A stretch of 32,000 nucleotides of DNA, from the NCBI RefSeq assembly GCF_001244545.1, contig NZ_LN852694.1, forward strand, positions 619,747 through 651,746, given 5' to 3'. The DNA is from Candidatus Stoquefichus sp. SB1. GTDB taxonomy: Bacteria > Bacillota_I > Bacilli_A > Erysipelotrichales > Coprobacillaceae. The translations under genes and the position numbers were made by a program. The notes beneath the pieces were generated by a model that worked only from the letters and a program-made list of their open reading frames with translations, was not told the DNA's origin and did no database searches. Shown here in pieces: positions 19,495 through 29,776 of the stretch (its first letter is position 1; every line of letters starts with the position of its first letter).

Positions 19495-20049
19495 CTAATA
19501 ATTTATTTTTTCTTCTAATTTTAATAGTTTTTGTGATCTATCTTTGATTTTCTTTGCAGGTATGCCAATATAAATCCCCCAACTGTCTAAACTTTTATTT
19601 ACTAATGTCATAGCACCTATTGATGTTCCTTCGCCAATAGTAACACCTGGTAAAACAGTTGAACCAGTGCCAATAAGAACATGTTTTTTTAACAATACAG
19701 GTTCTTCAATAACATTTCTATAACAATTAGGTACAGTTGGATTTGTAAGATAGTTACCAGAATAATCATCAGATATTGAATAAATTACACATCTAGATGA
19801 AATACAGGAAAATGATTCTAATTCTATACCAACATTACCAGCAAAAAGGCTTGAATAAGCAGCTATATGTATATTATTTGCCAATTTTATTTTACCACTC
19901 AATATACAAAAATCATCTATTCTTACATTATTGCCTATTTCAATTTCTTTTGAGTTATAGATGCTTGCTTTTTTACTAATAAGAACATTTTTTCCAAATG
20001 ATTTTAATCCTAATTCTTTTAATTCTTCAACTGAATAAAAACTATTCAT
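19495..20049 (-). CDS. Left-handed beta-helix (hexapeptide) acyltransferase, probably sugar N/O-acetyltransferase
   Basis: KEIEIGNNVRIDDFCILSG, NIHIAAYSSLFAG, VLIGTGSTVLPGVTIGEGTSIGAMTLVNKSL...GIPAKKIKDR. Confidence 0.85.
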   Translation of the reverse strand: MNSFYSVEELKELGLKSFGKNVLISKKASIYNSKEIEIGNNVRIDDFCILSGKIKLANNIHIAAYSSLFAGNVGIELESFSCISSRCVIYSISDDYSGNYLTNPTVPNCYRNVIEEPVLLKKHVLIGTGSTVLPGVTIGEGTSIGAMTLVNKSLDSWGIYIGIPAKKIKDRSQKLLKLEEKINY

Positions 20050-20376
20050 TCTAATTTTACATTCCTTTCCGCCTACGGCTTGGGTTCAAGGCACATATCA
20101 CATACTATAATGAATAACCTTGATTCCTTAGGCTGTTTATTTTATTGTTTAACTGAAGAAGAGTCATACTAGAAAGCAAGGTGAGGTGAATTGTAGATTT
20201 CTGTAACTTATTCAGTTCAAAACAGTATTTTAACCAGTGCATGGATATCTTTTTCAAGCATACACGAATAGCCCTCGAGGCTGTATATTAATCATTGACT
20301 TCGGTTTTCTCTTTAGTGTCAGATGTCTAGTCACTGTATCTTCTTCTCTATTTTATTTGAAAGGAGTTTTTTATTT

Positions 20377-20492
20377 ATGTAAGTTATTTATTCCAAATTC
20401 TGTGGCGTTGACGTACATAAACGCATCATTACTGTATATATTTGCTACACTGACTATATATTCGCTAAAGGTTGTTATTTTTCCAACAACTA
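20377..20492 (+). pseudogene. Short IS110-family transposase N-terminal remnant
   Basis: AAAGGAG then ATG TAA and VIYSKFCGVDVHKRIITVYICYTDYIFAKGCYFSNN*, matching the GIDVHKxxxTVxxC motif; stop directly after ATG. Confidence 0.55.
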
Positions 20493-20962
20493 GTTAATTA
20501 GATGTAGAGAAGTGAATCTCCAAAACAACTGCTACTACAATGTATACATAAAATCACTCGAAAAGTATTATATCGCAATATAACCTATATCGAATGTTGT
20601 AGTCAATACTAAAAGATAAAAAATGATGATAGGGACACTAAACGGATTATCAATTTTTAAAACCCATGCTTGTCAGTTCATATATCAAAAAAATTCACCT
20701 CCTCAAAAAGTATATCAGATATAAGTTCAAGCTTAACTACGTGTTCTGCTGAAAGAAATCGTTTATAAAATATTCTGACTGGTAGGAACTATAAAGTTAA
20801 TAATATGTCCCTTTTTTCACAATTTTGAAAGTTAATTTCTTCTTTTGTTAATCTTATTTTATCAGATAATTTCTATAATGACGAGAATTTTTTTAAGTTC
20901 TATGTAAATTTCAGATCATCTCATGAGAAAGTTTTCCAGTTATTTAAAAAATATGTAGTTAT

Positions 20963-22333
20963 TTGTTGTTAATTCATTATTGTTATGTTAATATTATTGA
21001 AGTGAGTTGGGGAGTAGATAATGTGAAGTGGTTAAAATATTTATTATTTAATACATATGTTTGTTTTATTCTAATATTCATTGTGGGCTGTAATATCTTA
21101 TGTTTATATTATTTAAACATTAAGTATATATTGCTAATTTCTGTTTTTTATACAGTTTTATTACATATGATTATTCATCTATATGAAGGTTATAAGTTAG
21201 GAACTTATAAAGTATCTGAGATAGTTTATTCAGTAAGTTTAGCAACATTACTTTGTAATTGTTTAACATATGGCTTGATTTTTATAATTAATTTAGATTT
21301 TAAAATTTTCATTTATATGTTTTTATTACAAATAATTCAGACTTTATTCACAATACTTTGGGGTGTTGTTGGAAATAAACTTTATTTTTTAATATTTGAA
21401 CATCATCAGATACTTTTAATATTTGGACATGATCCTACAGAGGTATCAAAAAAAATTATTTCACGTAAAAATAGGTATTTTATTACAAGAATGATATCTG
21501 ATTCGCTGACTTCAAAAGAAATTATTGAATTAAGTACTGTCTATGATTCAATAATGCTTTATGAAGTAAGAAAAGATTTAAGGGATTTAATCACAGTTTA
21601 TTGCTTCGAAGAAGAAAAAAGTCTATTTATTATTCCTGAAATTCCTGAAATTATTCGTAGAGGTACACATAACTTATATTTAATGGACACGCCTCTCTTA
21701 GTTGCTAATCATTGGGGTTTGTCACTTGGACAAAAAATAGTAAAAAGGGTTATGGATTTATTAATTATTATCCCAGTTGCTATTATAGTGTCACCTTTTA
21801 TGTTAATCACGGCTTTATGTATTAAATTATATGATAGAGGACCGATTATATACAAGCAAGATAGGTTAACGATAGATGGAGAGGTATTTCAAGTTTATAA
21901 GTTCAGAAGTATGATTGTTAATGCCGAGCAAAAAGGTGCACAACTGTCAACCGAAAATGACAACCGAATTACTCCAATCGGAAAAATTATACGAGCAATT
22001 CGTTTTGATGAACTTCCTCAAATTATTAATATTTTAAAGGGCGATATGTCAATTGTTGGACCACGACCTGAAAGGCCTGAGATTGCCGATGAATATTATA
22101 ATGAATTTCCAGAGTTTAAATTAAGACTAAAAGTTAAAGCTGGATTAACTGGTTATGCCCAAGTGTTTGGGAAATATAATACAACACCTAAAGATAAATT
22201 AAAGTTGGATTTAATGTATATTAACGATTATTCTTTGTATATGGATTTGAAATTAATTATTTACACAATCAAAATCTTATTTATGAAAAGTAGTACAGAG
22301 GGTATAGAGGAAGGAAAGAAAACAGCAATTTAA
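20963..22333 (+). CDS. Undecaprenyl-phosphate sugar phosphotransferase (priming polyprenyl glycosylphosphotransferase, WcaJ/RfbP-like)
   Basis: C-terminal bacterial sugar transferase domain VKRVMDLLIIIPVAIIVSPFMLITALCIKLYDRGPIIYKQDRLT..FQVYKFRSM..RFDELPQIINILKGDMSIVGPRPERPE..AGLTGYAQVFGKY; multi-TM N-terminus; true start may be GTG near 21020. Confidence 0.93.
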   Translation: MLLIHYCYVNIIEVSWGVDNVKWLKYLLFNTYVCFILIFIVGCNILCLYYLNIKYILLISVFYTVLLHMIIHLYEGYKLGTYKVSEIVYSVSLATLLCNCLTYGLIFIINLDFKIFIYMFLLQIIQTLFTILWGVVGNKLYFLIFEHHQILLIFGHDPTEVSKKIISRKNRYFITRMISDSLTSKEIIELSTVYDSIMLYEVRKDLRDLITVYCFEEEKSLFIIPEIPEIIRRGTHNLYLMDTPLLVANHWGLSLGQKIVKRVMDLLIIIPVAIIVSPFMLITALCIKLYDRGPIIYKQDRLTIDGEVFQVYKFRSMIVNAEQKGAQLSTENDNRITPIGKIIRAIRFDELPQIINILKGDMSIVGPRPERPEIADEYYNEFPEFKLRLKVKAGLTGYAQVFGKYNTTPKDKLKLDLMYINDYSLYMDLKLIIYTIKILFMKSSTEGIEEGKKTAI

Positions 22334-22673
22334 TAAAATTAATATTGTTAGATAATCTAAAATAACTTGTAGTAAACAAGTTATAAGTTGTAAAATATGA
22401 ACTGAAATTGGAAGCATGAAATTTGGTCGTGCTTTCTTTTGTTTTATCTTTATTGTAATGTCATCATTAAGCGTATATTATTCTATTTCTTAACTTTTCA
22501 AACTTAATCGCATATCTTATTTTTTTTATGGATTACAAGTATTTATTATTTTATAAATAAAATATTAAATTCTGATTAAATCAATATGTTAAGAGCTTTT
22601 CGTCATTACGTAGTCTTGAAAAGTACACATCAATATGCTAATATATATAAGATTTAAAGAAAAGAGGAATTTT

Positions 22674-24134
22674 ATGTCAAAGAAAAAAAATATCATTCAA
22701 AAAATAACACAATGGAAAGTTATATTGGGAATCCAATTACTAGTATCATTAGTCCTTATAGGATTCATACTCAAGTTGGGGGTTCTACCAATGTTATATA
22801 TGATTATTTTGATTGTTTTGCTTTTGCTGGTATGTTTAGGAACATTTTTATTAATGAGACCATCAAAAGTAAAAGAACAAGCAAAAATTCGGGTAATTAT
22901 TGGAAAAGTTATAAGTTTGTTAGTAAGTCTTTTTTTACTAATTGCTTCTTTGTATATTGCTAAGGGAGATTCAACGTTAGGAACAATTACAGGTGCAAAT
23001 GAGCAAACTACTCGTATTTCTGTTATTACATTAAAGGATAGTAATTATAAAAAATTATCTGATCTAAAAGATAAAACAGTTGAAGTAAATATGACAGGTG
23101 AAGCAGATAAAATGAAAGAAGCAGTAACTGCTCTTCAAAAAGAAGAATCATCAATTAAAACTAAAGAAGTTAATGAATATGAGACGATGGCTACAGATTT
23201 ATATTCAAAGAAAACAAGTGCAATTTATGTTAATGAAGCTTATTTTGCTGTTTTAGAGGCCAATCATGAAAATTTTGAAAATGATATAGATATCATATGG
23301 ACATATGAAATTATCGAAAAAACTCAGGATATTTCTAAGGAGGTTTCTGTAACGAAAGATCCATTTATCGTTTATATTAGTGGTATAGATACATATGGGA
23401 AAGTATCGACTGTTTCTAGAACAGATGTTAATATGCTTGTAACTGTTAATCCTACAACAAAACAGATTTTAATGACAAGTATTCCAAGAGATTACTATGT
23501 AACTTTGGCTAATAAAGGAAAAAAAGATAAATTAACACATTCAGGATTAGGTGGTATTGAAAATACAGTTAAGACTGTAGAAAATTTTATGAATGTTGAA
23601 ATTAATTATTATGCAAGAGTTAATTTTACATCTTTAATAAAAATGGTAGATGCATTAGGAGGAATAGATGTCGAAAGTGATAGAGCTTTCACGGCATTTG
23701 ATGGAAGTACATTTAAAAAGGGTATTAATCATTTGAATGGTGATAAGGCTTTAGTATTTTCTAGAGAGCGTCATGCATTTGCAGACGGGGATAATGAACG
23801 TGTATTTCATCAACAACTTGTTTTGACGGCTATGATTAAAAAGATGATGTCGCCTACTATTATTACCAATTATTCTAGTATATTAAACTCTATAAATGGA
23901 TCATTTGAAACAAATATGAAGTCAAGCGATATTACTAGTTTATTACAAATGCAAATTAGTGATATGGCTTCTTGGGAAATTGCTCAAAAACAATTATCAG
24001 GTAGTGGTAAAGTAATGACTGGTGGAGCATATATGCCAAATAATAATTTGTATTATATGATTCCAAATGACTCAAGTGTTGTTGAAAATAAAGCTGCTAT
24101 TCAAAGTATACTAAAAGGACAACCAATAGAATAA
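22674..24134 (+). CDS. LytR-CpsA-Psr (LCP) family glycopolymer transferase, copy 1
   Basis: N-terminal TM helices, accessory extracellular region, LCP core PFIVYISGIDTYGKVSTVSRTDVNMLVTVNPTTKQILMTSIPRDYYV...GGIENTVKTVENFMNVEINYYARVNFTSLIKMVDALGGI...FSRERH; preferred start ATG 22674 with upstream GAGGA. Confidence 0.93.
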   Translation: MSKKKNIIQKITQWKVILGIQLLVSLVLIGFILKLGVLPMLYMIILIVLLLLVCLGTFLLMRPSKVKEQAKIRVIIGKVISLLVSLFLLIASLYIAKGDSTLGTITGANEQTTRISVITLKDSNYKKLSDLKDKTVEVNMTGEADKMKEAVTALQKEESSIKTKEVNEYETMATDLYSKKTSAIYVNEAYFAVLEANHENFENDIDIIWTYEIIEKTQDISKEVSVTKDPFIVYISGIDTYGKVSTVSRTDVNMLVTVNPTTKQILMTSIPRDYYVTLANKGKKDKLTHSGLGGIENTVKTVENFMNVEINYYARVNFTSLIKMVDALGGIDVESDRAFTAFDGSTFKKGINHLNGDKALVFSRERHAFADGDNERVFHQQLVLTAMIKKMMSPTIITNYSSILNSINGSFETNMKSSDITSLLQMQISDMASWEIAQKQLSGSGKVMTGGAYMPNNNLYYMIPNDSSVVENKAAIQSILKGQPIE

Positions 24135-24449
24135 CTGATATAAAGGTAATAAGTTGAAAAGATAATCCAAAATAAACTTAGTGAAAACTAAATTTTGAGT
24201 TATAATATATTCATGAATTCAAGAATAAAAAATTATTCAATAATCTAAAATAACTTGGTATTTCATAAATTTCAACTACCCAATAAAGTAGAAAATAATT
24301 TGTTTGTATTTTTGAAATCTATGTCAGAAGTGGAGGATAGTGAATGGCTAGAGTGTTGTAATGGGTAACCAAATAATTTGGGAGGATTTCCAAATTATTT
24401 AGGGGACAACTTTAGGGGGGAACCTAAAAAATTAAACGAGCATAAAGGA

Positions 24450-24502
24450 ACAGTTGTGACTTTTTTTGGCAGCTGTTCCTTTTATATGGTCTAGATACTT
24501 TT
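24450..24502 (+). terminator. Hairpin with T-rich tail, possible terminator or IS end
   Basis: AAAGGAACAG TTGTGACTTTTTTTGG CAG CTGTTCCTTTT. Confidence 0.5.
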
Positions 24503-24509
24503 TATCATT

Positions 24510-25030
24510 ATTTTTTGTATTTATAAACTTCCTGTTTTGATTTTGGAGTAGACAGAATAGGCTCATTAGGTCTATTAGCCCGGATCAGTCTGCTGCGTGC
24601 GTATTCAAAATTGCTTAATCCTCTGGAATTTCTCTTAAAATCTTTAGGTGTTCTATTATATCCTTCCATCGGTCCATTAGATAGTCTTCTTTCTTTACCA
24701 TTGTTATCAATGATATAAATAAAGGAGTTGACGATTTCCTATTTATACTTTTTTAATAAGCCAGAAAAATCTCTAAACATAACCAGTGATGAATGAGAAT
24801 AGAAAATGATCAGAGCATTTAAAATGCCAGCAATTTTGTTCAAATCTTTTTCTTTTGTTTCATTGAATTCTATATATTGTTCTTTTAAACGTCGAATAGT
24901 CATAAGATTGTCATCCAATTGAAAAAACATTTTTCCATAGTTATAGGTGTTTAAATAGGCTTTAAGCATATGATTATATCTTTATCTTCAATATTTAAAA
25001 ATTTCATGATATCATTATTCATATAGTTCC
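24510..25030 (-). pseudogene. ISL3-family transposase, internally deleted: first about 18 codons joined to the C-terminal domain
   Basis: MNNDIMKFLNIEDKDIII followed by LKAYLNTYNYGKMFFQLDDNLMTIRRLKEQYIEFNETKEKDLNKIAGILNALIIFYSHSSLVMFRDFSGLLKKYK and NSFIYIIDNNGKERRLSNGPMEGYNRTPKDFKRNSRGLSNFEYARSRLI. Confidence 0.75.
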
Positions 25031-25669
25031 TTTCATAGTGTTTAGACAATATCTATGATAAACGAACTAAAAAAGAGACAGTAACTAGATTATTTTAGTT
25101 GTTGTTTCTTTATATAAATTTTGCGCAATTATTTTCCTAAACTCTTCCCTCTCTAAACTTTAGACCTGTAAATTATTTGAATAGTCGTTGTAATAGCTAT
25201 TCCTTTTTTGTTCTTTAAACTTAGGTTTATATTTACATCCTAAGTGTAGAAATGTTTTTTTGAATTGTTAAAGTATTTATAGCCATATGTATTTTTTTAC
25301 ACACTTATTGACATTATTCATGATTTCTATATAATTTCTGTTAAAGTTTACTTAATATTTGTGTTTCTTTCTTATATGTGTAACTTGGAATTTCAGTGAT
25401 TTCAATATTGGTATAACTTTTTTATTATGTTTTTGACCATAGTTATATGATAGAAATTATTTGTATCAGATATATGTTCAGACATTAGTTGAAAAAGTGA
25501 TTTATAATTAGTAATTAACTTATGAAATATCTCAAGTAATTCCTGATATATTTTTAGTTTCTATAGAATTTGTCTGATTCTTTCTGCTTAAATATGTGAT
25601 CTATGTAATTCTAATAAATAAAGTTTTCTTGAGATGATCATCAAACCAGATCTTTTGATTGTCTAGAAA

Positions 25670-26352
25670 TTTTTATACTTATCAAAAAGATGAAGATTTC
25701 TCTTAATTGACTCACTCAAGAATTTATGATTTAAGGAAGTACATATATCTAATCTAGACTGAATCATACTCGTGCTGACTAATTTTGCTATGCAAAATTA
25801 GTCAGCAATAATCATTGTATTGGAGAGCAATGTATATATAATTGACTGAAAGTTCTAGACAAATTCATAATTATCATTTTGACTTTTTTCTTTGATTGCA
25901 GTGAACTCTAAGAAAAGAGTCTCTTAGAGAGAGGAGTGTCTATCTTCAATAGTATCATGAGTTTTCTCCTTGGTAGGATTGACGATATGAAAGGCGTATG
26001 TTTCTCTGTTATTGTTTGCTTTGAATTCATCAATTAAACTAACTGTGAGAAGGAAGTAGGTTCTATGGGATATATGAATACTTTGTTTAAAGATGCAAAA
26101 TATAATACGAATCTTAAGAGTGTGTGTTCTGGAGATAGAAACCACAGAATGGTTTCTTTTAAATTCAAATAGAGCACTTTGAACATTAAGAACAGTAATT
26201 TTTCTATTATTGAATTGAAAAGATATATCTTTCTTAAAGTATTGATGACAATGATAACAGGTAAATATGTGATAGTTGACAACTAAAATAACTTTAAAGA
26301 AGCAAAAGGAAAAGTTTAATACTTTTGGTATCTTTGGATTCATGACAATCAA
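25670..26352 (-). pseudogene. Second decayed ISL3-family transposase (N-terminal and central parts)
   Basis: FTCYHCHQYFKKDISFQFNNRKI..., SLIDEFKANNNRETYAFHIVNPTKEKTHDTIEDRHSSL (cf. ISIDEFKGNxGxEKYxCxxxDPxxxKxLDILPDR), and in a shifted frame QSRLDICTSLNHKFLSESIKRNLHLFDKYKNF. Confidence 0.7.
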
Positions 26353-26743
26353 TGGAAACTAGCAGTGAGGATTGGAAGAAAGACTTATCTAAGATTGATG
26401 TATATAATATCTTTTTTTGAGATACAGAAATTAAAATAGTGAAAAGTAAAATGCATAAAGCTATGAAAAGAATCATTAATTTGTAGAATTTCAAGAATAG
26501 TTTTAATAAAATTAATATTGTACATAAAAATAATCTACTTTTATTTGAATTGGATGCTTAAATTGTAAAGAATGGTTAATATTATGCACATTTTTAAAAT
26601 TAAAAATATAGAAATGGAAAATTTACACTTTTATTTAAATTATATAATTAAAATCTGGCGTGGTTTTGATACTTTTTTTGTAAAGAAATTAGACGTTTTA
26701 GTGATAGTATGGTAAATAATTAAATCAGTATATTTTGTAATAT

Positions 26744-26789
26744 TAATATTCTAAATTTTATTATGATACTAATAAAATTTAGAATATTA
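26744..26789. repeat. Perfect inverted repeat, 19-bp arms, 8-bp spacer
   Basis: TAATATTCTAAATTTTATT atgatact AATAAAATTTAGAATATTA. Confidence 0.9.
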
Positions 26790-27136
26790 TATTTCATGAG
26801 TTTATTTTCTTCTTTCAAAGTTATAATGATCCTATAAAACTATCATCACAAGAAAAAATTTATTTATAGGAGACGATATTTGAGGGAGAGAGTGTCAAAA
26901 AATAGTATAGTCCTAAAAATTTAATAGTATAAAAAGGCAAATCTCATTCAAATGTAGAAAATGAAATATAGCTACATTATAATTTAAATTTATGATTTTT
27001 TTGTTTAAAATAAATGATATTTTTTTGATCAAAAAATATATAGAAAGAAAATATTATCCTTTTACAAAAATGATACAACTTATACATATTTTTATGTTAA
27101 TATACATTTATCTTAGAAAAAGGGGAAAATGTAGAA

Positions 27137-28576
27137 ATGAAAAATATTATTCAAAAAATAACCAGAATGCCAATTATTTTGGGATTACAGATTATAGCAA
27201 GTTTTATGTTTATATTCTTTTTATTGAAGTTAGGTGCATTACCAATGTTGTATGCATGCATTCTTATCGCTATTATCTGTTTATTAGATATAGGATTATT
27301 CTTTTTAATGAAAAATGATCAAAGTGATTCAACCAAAACAATTGTTTCAAAGGTCATAAGCGTTGTTATAAGCGTACTTTTGTTAATTGGGTCTTTTTAT
27401 ATTGCTAAAGGAGATTCAACTCTCAATAGTATTTCTGGAGCTGATAAGGATACTTATACATACTCTGTGATTGTAAAGAAAGAAAGTAAAATAAAAGATG
27501 TTAAAGATTTAACTCAACAGAAAATAGCTATGAATATGCAAGAAGATATACAATATTTTACAAAAGCATTATCAGCTTTAAAGGAAGAAAATAATTCTTT
27601 TGAATCATTAGAGGTTAATGATTTTCACCAACTAGCAAAAGATTTATATGATAATCAATGTGATGCTATTTTTGTAAATGTTGCTTATCTAACAATGTTA
27701 GAAACAGATTATGAAAATTTTAATGAAGATACAAGAGTTGTATGGTCTTATTCTATTGATAAAAAATTAGAAGATTTTTCTAAAGATGTTGATGTTGTAT
27801 CAAAACCATTTGTTATATATATTAGTGGAATTGATACGTTTGGTAAAGTTTCAACAATTTCTCGAAGTGATGTGAATATGATTGTTACAATTAACCCAAA
27901 AACAAAACAAATTTTAATGACAAGTATTCCTAGAGATTATTATGTGACTTTAGATAATAAAGGTAAAAAGGATAAATTAACACATTCTGGATTAGCTGGA
28001 ATAGAAAATACTGTGAAAACAGTAGAAAAATTTATGGGTATTGATATTAATTATTATGCAAGAGTTAATTTTACATCATTGATTCAAATGGTAGATGCCC
28101 TAGGAGGTATTGAAGTTGAATCTATTGAAGATTTTTCTATAGGTCAATATCATTATTTTAAAGGAATGAATCAATTAAATGGTGATCAGGCGCTTTATTT
28201 TGCGAGAGCACGTTATACAGTTACTGGTGGCGATAATGGACGTGTTGCTAATCAACAAAGAGTTTTAACAGGAATGTTAAAGAAAATGATGTCACCTGCA
28301 ATTCTTACAAATTATACAGGAGTTTTAAATTCTATTGAAGGATGTTTTGAAACCAATATGCAATCTTCTGAGATCACGAGCCTTATTCAAATGCAACTTA
28401 ATGATATGGCTTCTTGGACATTTACAACAAAACAATTAATAGGAACAGGTGCAATGTTAACAGGGGGAGCCTATATACCAGGTAGAAAACTTTATTATAT
28501 GTTGCCTAATGAAACAAGTGTAAAAGAGAATAAGGCAGCTATTCAAAGTGTATTAGATGGAAAGTCTATTCAATAA
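27137..28576 (+). CDS. LytR-CpsA-Psr (LCP) family glycopolymer transferase, copy 2
   Basis: Paralog of the 22674 gene along its length; PFVIYISGIDTFGKVSTISRSDVNMIVTINPKTKQILMTSIPRDYYVTLDNKGKKDKLTHSGL...ARVNFTSLIQMVDALGGIEVES. Confidence 0.93.
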   Translation: MKNIIQKITRMPIILGLQIIASFMFIFFLLKLGALPMLYACILIAIICLLDIGLFFLMKNDQSDSTKTIVSKVISVVISVLLLIGSFYIAKGDSTLNSISGADKDTYTYSVIVKKESKIKDVKDLTQQKIAMNMQEDIQYFTKALSALKEENNSFESLEVNDFHQLAKDLYDNQCDAIFVNVAYLTMLETDYENFNEDTRVVWSYSIDKKLEDFSKDVDVVSKPFVIYISGIDTFGKVSTISRSDVNMIVTINPKTKQILMTSIPRDYYVTLDNKGKKDKLTHSGLAGIENTVKTVEKFMGIDINYYARVNFTSLIQMVDALGGIEVESIEDFSIGQYHYFKGMNQLNGDQALYFARARYTVTGGDNGRVANQQRVLTGMLKKMMSPAILTNYTGVLNSIEGCFETNMQSSEITSLIQMQLNDMASWTFTTKQLIGTGAMLTGGAYIPGRKLYYMLPNETSVKENKAAIQSVLDGKSIQ

Positions 28577-28689
28577 AATGGATAACTTTAAAACAAAGGG
28601 ACTGATTATTTTTTCTTAATGATAATTTATTTTCATTTCATTGTTGTCTATCAGTCTATTTGATATAATATTCACATATTATAAAGGAG

Positions 28690-29598
28690 TTGAATAAATT
28701 GAAAAATGTAACGCTAGTCGTCATGGCAGCAGGTATCGGAAGCCGATTTGGTGGAGGAATCAAACAATTAGAACCAGTTGGACCAAGCGGAGAAATTATT
28801 ATGGATTATAGTATTCATGATGCTATTGAAGCAGGTTTTAATAAGGTTGTATTTGTCATTAGAAAAGATTTAGAAAAAGATTTTGATGAAATTATAGGAC
28901 AACGTATGAAAAAGAAAATTCACGTTGAATATGCTTATCAAGAATTAGACAATATTCCTGATCAATATAAAGAAAGATTCCAAGAACGTACAAAACCATG
29001 GGGAACTGGACAAGCTATTTTAGCTTGTAAAGATTTAATTGATGAACCATTTTTAGTTATTAATGCTGATGATTACTATGGAAAAGAAGCTTACATAGAA
29101 GCTTATAAGTATTTAACAGAAGTACATCCAAGCAGTATTTTACCAATTTGTATGGTTGGTTTTGTTTTAAAGAATACTTTAAGTGATAATGGTGGTGTGA
29201 CAAGAGGTGTCTGCCAGGTTGATGCTCATCAAAAACTAGTTGATATTGTAGAAACACATAATATTGAAAAGAAAAATGGAAAAGCAGTTGTAGGGGAACA
29301 AGAAATTGATTTAGATTCAGTTGTTTCTATGAATATGTGGGGACTATATCCAGAGTTCTTTGAAATTTTAGAAACAGAATTTGATGAGTTCTTAAATGCT
29401 TTAGATGCTTCAAATTTAAAAGCAGAATATCTTTTACCAACAATTATAGGTGATTTACTTCATCAAGGAAAAGTTTCTGTAGAAGTCTTAAAATCACATG
29501 ATGAATGGTTTGGTGTAACCTATAAAGAAGATAAAGATTTTGTAAAAGATAACATTCAATTATTAGTAGAAAAAGGAGTATATCCAAAACAATTATAA
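28690..29598 (+). CDS. Sugar-phosphate nucleotidyltransferase family protein
   Basis: VVMAAGIGSRFGGGIKQLEPVGPSGEIIMDYSIHDAIEAGF, KPWGTGQAILACKDLIDEPFLVINADDYYG. Confidence 0.88.
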   Translation: MNKLKNVTLVVMAAGIGSRFGGGIKQLEPVGPSGEIIMDYSIHDAIEAGFNKVVFVIRKDLEKDFDEIIGQRMKKKIHVEYAYQELDNIPDQYKERFQERTKPWGTGQAILACKDLIDEPFLVINADDYYGKEAYIEAYKYLTEVHPSSILPICMVGFVLKNTLSDNGGVTRGVCQVDAHQKLVDIVETHNIEKKNGKAVVGEQEIDLDSVVSMNMWGLYPEFFEILETEFDEFLNALDASNLKAEYLLPTIIGDLLHQGKVSVEVLKSHDEWFGVTYKEDKDFVKDNIQLLVEKGVYPKQL

Positions 29599-29732
29599 AT
29601 AAAGTGTTTATTATCATTAAAAACATGATAAATTCAATAAAATCTATTTTCATTTATTAAAAAATATGATAAACTCATATTACAAAATTTATTGAAAAAT
29701 AAGTTTTGATAATATCATTGAGTGGTTTGTAA

Positions 29733-29776
29733 TGCTAACAAAGAGGAAGAAGTCTATATGACTTCTTCCTCTTTTA
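29733..29776. terminator. Strong intrinsic terminator
   Basis: AAAGAGGAAGAAGTC tatat GACTTCTTCCTCTTTTATT downstream of the nucleotidyltransferase gene. Confidence 0.85.

Noticed and set aside
20237-20497. 86-aa plus-strand ORF as a small membrane protein
   Set aside because: No RBS; an alternative frame in the same bases shows an IS110-like motif, so this ORF is probably incidental.
25924-26352. 142-aa and overlapping 82-aa minus-strand ORFs as possible new proteins
   Set aside because: Residue pattern (YHCHQYFKKD, DEFKANNNRETYAFHIVNPTKEK) fits a degraded ISL3 transposase; frames are broken on both sides.
26992-27318. 108-aa ORF upstream of and overlapping LCP copy 2
   Set aside because: Overlaps the start of a strongly supported LCP gene in another frame; composition is IYFN-rich as expected by chance.
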